Below, one piece after another: positions 56,094 to 64,000 of a stretch of DNA of 64,000 nt. The position numbers were made by a program, and so were the translations under genes. The stretch lies in assembly GCA_965644315.1 (NCBI GenBank), contig CBFFRQ010000013.1:558001-622000 (forward strand), written 5' to 3'. The stretch's first letter is position 1, and each line of letters begins with the position of its first letter. The DNA is from Caecitellus pseudoparvulus (taxonomy: Eukaryota > Protista > Bigyra: Bicosoecida). The notes beneath the pieces were generated by a model. It was not told the origin of the DNA. It did not search any database and saw nothing but the letters and a program-made list of their open reading frames with translations.

Positions 56094-56377
56094 GGCCGCC
56101 AACGCTGGCTGGAGCGGAAACTGGTTCGAAGCCCCCCACTCTCCACGGGCGCACCTCGCTGGGCGTGGCACAATCTGGCTGCCAGGCAGTCACAGCCGCG
56201 CGACCACACGGAGGGTACGGTGAATCCAAGCTCATCTGCTCATTCGACTCGCTCAGTGGCGGGATTGTGGTCGCGCACCTGCTTCTGTGCATGGCTGTGA
56301 CGAGAGGAAGCAGATTCGTTCACAACTTGCGCTGGGGTACAGGGCGCCGTCGCACTCAGCGCTGGCTTCACTGCTCC

Positions 56378-58783
56378 ATGGCGGCCGAGGCACGTGGGCC
56401 CAGCCTGCAGAGCATCGCCGAGGCAACAACTGCGTGGTCATCAGCCTTCAATCGAAGCATCAAAGAGAGGTATGCGTTGTTGCAGCGAAGTCTGGAGGTG
56501 ACGGGGGCCACCCTCTCAGCGCTGCCCAAGGTGGACTACATGTCGCTGCGCAATGCCATCCTGCTGATTGAGCAGCATAACGCTTTGTTGCCGCCCTGGA
56601 CGCCCCAAGTGCTGAAGGTGCGGAAATCGGTGGCAGCGAGCTTGCGGTGCGGGGTACCTGCCGGCCTGTCGCCTGTCGCAGACCCTCTCGGAAAAACACC
56701 GCAATCAAGTGATTGAGGATGGGTGTCACTACATGCAGCTATCCGAAGCAGCATATGGCTGGCGGGGTGCGCTGGCCATGGGCATGCTGGGTGGGACGGA
56801 CTCCGGCGCGTCGGCTCTTTCTGGCGTGCTGGGCAGCGTCATGTCTGGGGACAAGGCCGCCTTCGCTCATAGGGCAGGCGTACAGGTGGACTCTATTCTA
56901 TACAGGTCTGTGGATAGCGAGCTGCAGGAGCCCCATCACTGGCTGGTAGTGGACCACGAGCGCCGCGAGCTGGTGTTGAGTACGTGGACCACGAGTGCGA
57001 GCTTGCCGGCTGCCCACCTGCACAGGACCCTCACCACACGCCGCCTTACACAGCATGCCGTGGCACCATCAACGTTGATGATGCCGTCATGGACCTCACA
57101 GCCACTGCCGCGCCGTTCCTGCGCGGCCAGGCCCATGAAGGCATGGCTGCTGCAGCACACAAGTTGCACGCTTCTTGCTTCTCGGGGGACCGCCTGAACC
57201 TCCCTGGGCGCCTGGAGAGCCTGCCCGGCTACGGATTGGTGCTGACTGGGCACAGCCTGGGAGGCAGCGTCGCTGTGCTGCTTACCATGCTGCTGCTGCA
57301 CCACCGGCACGAGATGGAGGCGGCGTTGCCGCCGAGACACCATGCACACGTCCCTCTGCACGGCGTGCCCATTCGCTGCGTCGCCTTTGGGATGGCGCCA
57401 GTGTACTCATCCAGGTCGCCCTTGCCGCCTGGCACGCACCAGGCTATCACAGCCTTCGTCAATGGGGACGACATCGTCTGCCGCCTCTCGGTGCGCTCGT
57501 TCAATCGGTACATGCGACTGGCCGGCGCAGTGGCGGCTGCCGCGCCCACCCTGGCGGAGTCCATCAGCGCTAGCATGATGATGAAGGAGACACGCTCGCC
57601 AGCCGAGGTCATCCAAGCGGGTTTGCGCAGCGCTACGCAGCACCCTGACGTTGAGGACGAGCCAGAACTGCACATCCCTGGCCACATCGTCTTCGTGCGG
57701 GGGCTCGCCAAGCCCACGCCCAGCATCACCGACACGCTCACTCGCATGAGCACTTCTGCGGAATGGGTGGAACCCATGGGGCGCAGCTTCACAGCCGTGC
57801 AAGAGCGTGTGCTGGGTGGGCTCTCTGCACTGTGGACGCAAGCGTCGCCACCGCCCACTGACGGCGACAAGACCGCGGCCGTCTCGGGCCCTGCTGGCAC
57901 CCCAAGCGAGGACACCTCCGGATTGGCCTCCCCACCAGCTGCTGCAGCCCCAACATTGCAGGGCCAAGCTGCAGCTGAGGGCTGCACGGACGCGCTGCGA
58001 GGGCTGGGCCGAGTCACAGCCGCGTTGCTCGACACGCCCATCCCCACCCGTGCCCAGCCGGAACCTGTGGCAGCCACGACCACGCTGCTGCCAGACCACG
58101 ACACGTACGCCAGTGTGGACTTTCGGCTTATGCATTGGCGGGAATTGACAGACATGGTGCCGCTGGCTGGCACCTTCCGAGTGCACCTGCCACACCAGTA
58201 CCGTAAGGTGCTCGCAGCCCTGCGGTCCGCAGCAGCGCTTCGGGCAAAGGGAAGGCACAGTCCAGCCGCAGCTCATGACGAGCATAGTAGTACCGAACCC
58301 AGTGAGGGCATGGAGAGCTCCAGCACCCCTCCAACAACCCCCCCCCCGCCCAGGGCCAACCCGTATGTGGCAGGGGGCGCAACCACCAATAGCGCTGCCA
58401 CAGTGCCGCCACCGCGTCTGCCCCCAAGCGAAGACGTGTCTCAACCGCGGACGCCAGGGGGGCGGCCGGACAAGCACGCAGCAGGCCGCAGTCGTGAGCG
58501 CGTCACGATCCGTCAAGGTGGTGTGCAGTTTTGCCGTCGTGCCGGCGAAGAGCTGCCTCTCATGGGGCCGTGCTCGGGGGTCGTGAGCGTGGCAGTGGCC
58601 GGGCTGGTACACCGAACTCCGCGCTGCACTCCCACACCTAGACAGGCTGTGGGTGGTGACGGCGAGGCTTTGCCAGGGCCGGCACGGGAGGCTGATGCTG
58701 CCGCAGTTCCAACAGCGCCAAGCGTGCTCTCAGTGCCCTCCGAGGTTGTAGGTGTGCTGGCGGGGGGTGAGAAGTCTTCTTGA
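56378..58783 (+). CDS. Class 3 lipase (DAG-lipase-like), multi-exon
   Basis: LVVDHERRELVLS|RGT...D, AHEGM, LVLTGHSLGG (GxSxG), FVNGDDIVCRLS and HLPHQY. Confidence 0.85.
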
Positions 58784-58800
58784 CACAAAGCGTCACATTT

Positions 58801-59049
58801 TCACGCTCGTTCCTCCTGGGATGGCCGCTGGATTTCTTGGGGCGCTTGTCCGCTGTGAAGCGCTTTGATGTCTTGCTGTAGCTTGGCTACCTTCTCTTCT
58901 GACAGCTGAGGCAGTCGTTCATCGGGGCGCAAGAGGGCATGCATGGCGATTTGCCCAGCGTACAACCCCACAATACCGGCTCCCCAGAATGCAGCGTAGT
59001 GCGAGGGCTTGTTCAGGCCAAGGTTCAGCTTGAAGAGCCGGGGAATCAT
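58801..59049 (-). CDS. Single-TM microprotein resembling BRAWNIN/UQCC6 (complex III assembly)
   Basis: 82 aa; TM followed by AGQIAMHALLRPDERLP, similar to the AGAEVVHRYYRPDLTIP motif recalled for BRAWNIN. Confidence 0.55.
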   Translation of the reverse strand: MIPRLFKLNLGLNKPSHYAAFWGAGIVGLYAGQIAMHALLRPDERLPQLSEEKVAKLQQDIKALHSGQAPQEIQRPSQEERA

Positions 59050-59404
59050 GTTGCGGAAATCGCTTCCAACGCGCAGCTGGTGGCGGCTTCTCCTTGCTTC
59101 CCACAGGTGATATTTGAAAAGGCAACTCATTAGGTGATACCTATGCTAGTTAGCAAAACTGTGGGGTTCATTTCATGCAGTGTTTTGAAGGCGGTGGGGA
59201 GCGGGGCAGCATGCACCCATCCTTTGCACTGTGGTCCAAAGCTTGCCCCATCAAGTTTGGAGGGAGAGCCCATGCCTCGGACATACACACACATGGATTC
59301 AGCAGCCAGGAGGAATACCGTAGAAGATGCCAATCTCAGGCGGTGGGGTCGCGATGCCGCGTGTCCAGAGAAGGGTACACTTGTACAAACAACAAACAGC
59401 AGGA

Positions 59405-60415
59405 TCAGATCCGGGCACATTTGGACAGAGAGAGCTGGTAAGAAAGAAAGGCACGGCAGTGCACATTTAGCCATACCTGTGACTCTCGTTGAACAGGGGC
59501 GAGCAGGGGACGGAAGCGGCGCAACTGTGCTCTGCCAGGCACCTCCTCAGCCCACACCCAGCCAGGGACATGTACCCTGGAACCAGCTGCCATGGCTTGA
59601 GCACAACCTGAAAGCAGCCCACATGCTCACACGGAGGCTGCAAAGTGAGCACCAGGGTGCCGCCAGGCCCCTGAGGAATCTGCCCACAAGCGCATTCAGC
59701 GCCAACAGGGCCTTGAATGCATATCCTGCCACCTCAAGGCACTAAAAACACGTGCCTATACCTGTTCATCACAACGCTGGCGAGCCATGGCCTGCAATGT
59801 CCTGTTGACTCACTTGTGGGAGCAGCGTGAGAAGGGTATGTTTGAGTGGGGCGCCTTCTGGGCTGCCGAACAGCAAGACTGCTGCAAGTACAATCAGGAG
59901 CAGTGCAAAGGCCTGAAACACCGGACCAAAGCAGATTTGCTGCAGCGGCTGCCACACCGGCGGGCCTTCTGATAGCCGCTTGGGCGTTTGCTCAGATTGC
60001 ACATCTGAGCCAGAGCTTGTGGGGCTCCTTGACTGCAGCTCGCGATCAGCAGCTGAAGGAAAAGTGAACACTTCTGGGACAGCACTATTCCTATTTGTAG
60101 CCTTTACTGGCGAGGTGAGGTCAGCCTCTTGTTGCCTGGGAGTGTGGGGGCGTGTGTGGTGACTGGCGGGGTGCGGAAACTGGAGCTGAGCTGAGCGCAC
60201 ACACACAGCAACTCCAGGGCCACAAGCTTCGTGACTCTGTCCACGTCAGCCAAAGAGAGCTGCATGAATCCTTTATTGAATGCCAGGGCACAGGCTGTTG
60301 CCAACGAGAGCTCTGTGTCGTGTTCCTCAAGCGCAGCTCGCAGGCAGAGCTGGAATTGCTCGGCATCGGCGCTGTGACCTGCTGCCGCAACACGCGAGCC
60401 GTCGGCGACAGCCAT
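59405..60415 (-). CDS. Hypothetical spliced membrane protein
   Basis: Short ORF segments with splice signals and hydrophobic helices (VFQAFALLLIVLAAVLLF); no family recognised. Confidence 0.35.
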
Positions 60416-60666
60416 CCTGACCTGGACACTGGGAAGGTGGATAGCAACATGAGTTCATGCTGAGCATGACTTGGGCTGAGGGGCGCCGCACGTTTGTGTT
60501 GTGTGGTGGCCCTGAAATTGACCGAAAGCTGCTGCTTGGCCGTGTCCTCTTAGGCTCGGGCGCTTGCGAAGGTAGTTGAGAGCAGGGTCTCTGCATTGCG
60601 ACTGCTTGCCTGCAGCCAATACAGTGTACGTGCACACGTGCATGGAAGACGTGCTCCCAAGGCGCC

Positions 60667-63600
60667 TCACTTGCCATCCCCGCCGCCTTGCCCGGTACTC
60701 TTGCCGCTGGGGCCCCTCGGCATGGCGATGGTGTGCCGGCGCCGGCTGGGTGAGCTCGAGCGCACTGAGGACTCACCTCCTTCCGCCTCCTCACCACCTC
60801 CTGAAGTTGCCGCTTGTGCCGCAGGTTTCTCCTCGGATGGGGGGGAGGCGGCGGCGCTAGAGGGTGGCCGTGAGGCCACAGAGTGGCTTTTCGCCCTGGC
60901 CAGAGCGGTGGCTTGGCGCGACACGGCTGCCTGCGCCACTTCCTGTGCTGCCACGAGGGACTTCCACCGCTCCACGTTGTCGTTTAGCTGCTGCAGCACC
61001 GGCTCAAGCTCCGAGAAAATGCCTGCCGCTGCTGAAAAGAGCGGCTTGATGACGAACGTGGAGAAGCCAACTTGGGACTTGGCGAAGGCGAGGGGGGGCT
61101 GCAGGCCATCCATGAAGGGCGCGAAGGGCAGCCCTGCCTCCTTCTCGGCAGCCACCTGGTTTGTGAACTCCTGCGTGATTGCCAGTGCCCACTTCCTGAC
61201 GTTGGCAAAGTCCGGCATGGCGGGGTTGTCAACGTCGGCGCAGTGCACGATGATGTCTGTGGGCCAGAAGGCTGGCGCCTTCTCGGCATCTTCACCACAC
61301 CAGTACTCCAACGGCTCAGCAGGCATCTGCTTCATGAAGTTCACCATGGTCATGTGGTGGGCCATGTCCGTGTTCAGGATGCAGGACACTGCCCTTGAGC
61401 GGAACGCCCGCAGGAGACCTGGTTCGGCCGTGGGGAACAGGGCCGTACTGGGCTCTCGCAGGATGAGCTGGAACATGACCGCCGCGTGGTGATTCTCCAG
61501 CACGCTCTTGTCATTGTACCGCACAGCCAGGGGGGACAGGGAGTTGATGGCGTACTGGTTGTTCATGCCGGGGTGGTCCACGTCGTGGCACAGCCCGCCC
61601 AGCAAGGCAGCCAGCCTGTCCACCGGCTGCAGCACGGCCTTGCACACGCCGTACGTCTCCACGGCCAAGAAGACGTTCTGCATCACAGACACTGCGTGGT
61701 ACCAGTTGTGGTAAGGGTTGTCTCGGTACAGGTGGCTGACAGCGGAGATGAAGGAGGCCAGCGCAGCCTGGGGCACGTGCAAGGATGGAGCCAGGTCCCC
61801 GTGCAGCAGCATGTCCACTGCAAACTGCTGCAGCTCCGCCTTGTCGTAGTCAAAGGCGTTGAAGGACCAGCTGGTCAAGGACTCGTAGGATTCAGCCCGG
61901 CCCGTGAGGGTGGGGGGCAAGGCAGGTGTGGCAGCCAGCGCTGCTGCAACCAGCTCAGGCGGCAAGGCAGTCCACTCGTACACGCCATCCTGCAGGTCAA
62001 AGTCAGCCAGAGTAGCCCCCTGCTCCCCCTGCAGCAGCCCTAAGTGGGCGCTGTCTGGGCTGCTGCCGCGAGACAGGTGGGACTTGGCGCTGCCCCGACG
62101 AGTTCGCCGGGCCCCGGACGTAACACTGCCAGGGCCGGTGGTGGGAATGGCCGGCAGGGACGAGCCTGCTGTGCTGACCGAGCCGTCCGACTTGCGGCGA
62201 GTGCGGCGGAACGAGCCCAGGGAAAGAGATCCCATGCCTTCTCCGCCATGCTCTGCCTGCACGTCCTGACGAGGCGACTGCTGCCGTTTGTAGGGGGAGG
62301 TGGGCGGACTGGCGAGGCCAGAGCCCACGCGTGGTGGCATGCTGCGCCTCTTGCCTGTCGGGCTGCCTCGACCTCGCGGGCTGGCCGCGCCGCCACCCCC
62401 TGTGGACCTGCCATCTGCTGACGAGCCAGGCGCTTGCTGCAGGTGGATGCTGCCTCGCGGCTTGGCGGTTTGCTCCCCGCCGGCGCTGTCGTCCCCACTG
62501 CTGCCCTTGCCAGGCACGCCAGCTGCTTCCGCCCTGAAGCGAGCCAGCGCAGCAGCTACGTCTCCCTCGCCCTCCCGCAGTGTGTCCAGGTTGTTTCCGG
62601 AGCGCACTGGGCCCAACAGGCCCGTCGTACGGCCCACAGCAGTGAAGGACCCCCGAGGGCGCCGCGCCATGCTCGCCCGCCGCACGCCCGCGCCACCCTG
62701 CGATGACGTCTCGAAGTCGTCCATGCTGCGCCGGGTGCCGACAAAGGGAGCAGCGGCATACCCACCCCCTGAAGAGTACATGCCCAGCAAGGACTTCATG
62801 TTCTTATTGTCACCGCCCTCGCTCTCCGTCTCGGCGAGCTTGCGCTCATACAGCGCAGACAGGCCGTGCTTGGAGATGAGTGTGTGCACTTCCGTGGCCA
62901 AGGCTTCGATGAGGCGGACGTCTTCTTGTGTGAATGGGCTGCCGTCAGACTTGTTCACCAACTGCACCACACCAACAGGCTTCTTCTTGGCCACAGGTGC
63001 CGGCACGCCGGCGCTGCGATCGCGGCTGGAGGTGCTGGTGTTCGAAGGAGATGGACCTCCGCCAGCGGCCGTCACACTGCGTCGCTGTGCCCTGAGAATG
63101 GGCACTGCCAGCAGCGTCCGGGAGCGGAAATGCGCCGCGACGTCGGCGTGCTTGTCGAAAGAAGCGTGCTTCCAGGCATCCTTGACGACCTGCGGGCCAA
63201 CCAGTGTGCCAGCTGCAAGAGCGCCCGCGATGTCGGCGCCCAGGGCGACTTCAGACGAGGAAAATTCGCCGTCCACATCGGCCACGCTACTGACTGTGCG
63301 GCGGTGGCTAGCACGGCGCCCAGATGAGCTGGTGGGGGAGCTGCCGGAGGCTGCGCCACTGCCACCTGTCACACCTGAAATGCCGGTAAGCAGCAGGGGC
63401 TGACCAGGGGGGCCAGATGGGCGATGAGCCGCAATGCCAGCTGCCATGACAGGGCTCAGGCTGGGGGAGGAGGGCACCTGTCCGCCTGCCCCGTCTGATT
63501 GTGCCCGCGCCAGGGCTCCCGCCGCCCCCTCCTCGGCAGAAAAGGTGCGCCCCTGCAGGTTTTGGTTCATCTCATCCACGAGGAAGAAGGTCACTTTCTG

Positions 63601-64000
63601 GGCAGGCAGCATGACGAACACCTGGCGCAGCAGCTCGTCCAGCACTGACCAGAAGGTCTTGCTGGTGACGTCGGCTGTGACCAGCTTCACGACTCGTGTG
63701 AAGGCCATGGTGCGGGCAGTGGCAGACTGGGCTGCGCGCAGCAAGGCAGCTTTCTCCAACACCACGCCGGCCGTGTCCGTGATGTGCTGCATGGTGGCAA
63801 TGTCATCGTCCCCGAAGGCCAGCACGGCCCGCTGCGCGGCCCTGGAGGTGGAGGGGCCCAGTTTGTTGATGGCTTGAATCACGGCCACAACACGTCCAGA
63901 GCGGTCTGCCACTGGCATGCACAGCAGGGACTGCGTGCGGTACCCCGTTCGCTTGTCCATGGCGGGATCAAACCGCGCGTCTTGGGCGACATCAGGGATG
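60667..64000 (-). CDS. Class I cyclic-nucleotide phosphodiesterase with GAF domains (5' end outside the window)
   Basis: GAF motifs DKRTGYRTQSLLCMP...QAINK and VVQLVNKSDGSPFTQED; catalytic YHNWYHA, HDVDHPG, LENHH, TDMAHH, HCADV, QVGF. Confidence 0.93.
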   Translation of the reverse strand, partial: IPDVAQDARFDPAMDKRTGYRTQSLLCMPVADRSGRVVAVIQAINKLGPSTSRAAQRAVLAFGDDDIATMQHITDTAGVVLEKAALLRAAQSATARTMAFTRVVKLVTADVTSKTFWSVLDELLRQVFVMLPAQKVTFFLVDEMNQNLQGRTFSAEEGAAGALARAQSDGAGGQVPSSPSLSPVMAAGIAAHRPSGPPGQPLLLTGISGVTGGSGAASGSSPTSSSGRRASHRRTVSSVADVDGEFSSSEVALGADIAGALAAGTLVGPQVVKDAWKHASFDKHADVAAHFRSRTLLAVPILRAQRRSVTAAGGGPSPSNTSTSSRDRSAGVPAPVAKKKPVGVVQLVNKSDGSPFTQEDVRLIEALATEVHTLISKHGLSALYERKLAETESEGGDNKNMKSLLGMYSSGGGYAAAPFVGTRRSMDDFETSSQGGAGVRRASMARRPRGSFTAVGRTTGLLGPVRSGNNLDTLREGEGDVAAALARFRAEAAGVPGKGSSGDDSAGGEQTAKPRGSIHLQQAPGSSADGRSTGGGGAASPRGRGSPTGKRRSMPPRVGSGLASPPTSPYKRQQSPRQDVQAEHGGEGMGSLSLGSFRRTRRKSDGSVSTAGSSLPAIPTTGPGSVTSGARRTRRGSAKSHLSRGSSPDSAHLGLLQGEQGATLADFDLQDGVYEWTALPPELVAAALAATPALPPTLTGRAESYESLTSWSFNAFDYDKAELQQFAVDMLLHGDLAPSLHVPQAALASFISAVSHLYRDNPYHNWYHAVSVMQNVFLAVETYGVCKAVLQPVDRLAALLGGLCHDVDHPGMNNQYAINSLSPLAVRYNDKSVLENHHAAVMFQLILREPSTALFPTAEPGLLRAFRSRAVSCILNTDMAHHMTMVNFMKQMPAEPLEYWCGEDAEKAPAFWPTDIIVHCADVDNPAMPDFANVRKWALAITQEFTNQVAAEKEAGLPFAPFMDGLQPPLAFAKSQVGFSTFVIKPLFSAAAGIFSELEPVLQQLNDNVERWKSLVAAQEVAQAAVSRQATALARAKSHSVASRPPSSAAASPPSEEKPAAQAATSGGGEEAEGGESSVRSSSPSRRRHTIAMPRGPSGKSTGQGGGDGK

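Noticed and set aside
1-64000. tRNA, rRNA, prophage/virophage or operon structure
   Set aside because: No such signatures were seen by eye; small ncRNAs cannot be excluded without covariance-model searches.

Overview
Gene-dense, GC-rich eukaryotic DNA with short (about 60-120 nt) GT-AG introns; not prokaryotic. The compact layout and a diatom/stramenopile-type TALE homeodomain suggest a protist such as a heterotrophic stramenopile (inference). About 20 protein-coding genes are present: an HtrL/YibB plus GT-A glycosyltransferase, an LYR protein, a TALE homeobox factor, a giant FG-GAP/mucin/Cys-rich multipass receptor, a DUF5808-like protein, a Rib2/RibD-type deaminase, a sulfotransferase-like/JmjC fusion, an EF-hand protein, a VOC glyoxalase, APC1, an actin-binding kinase, Nup62, a ZNFX1-like helicase, an NCKX exchanger, a lipoate-ligase-like protein, a class 3 lipase, a BRAWNIN-like microprotein and a GAF-PDE. 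Main findings: (1) a 3,712-bp PIF/Harbinger transposon (perfect 23-bp TIRs, TTA target duplication) splits an otherwise intact ~4,200-aa receptor gene while its own ORFs are frameshifted; (2) Nup62 has LLG repeats in place of FG repeats; (3) four upstream exons that the ORF track does not link to the kinase ORF reveal a tandem ADF-H + ubiquitin-like + 2xWH2 + TKL kinase; (4) the ZNFX1-type helicase has cold-shock domains and lacks the NFX1 zinc-finger tail. All domain calls come from motif recognition by eye, not database searches.
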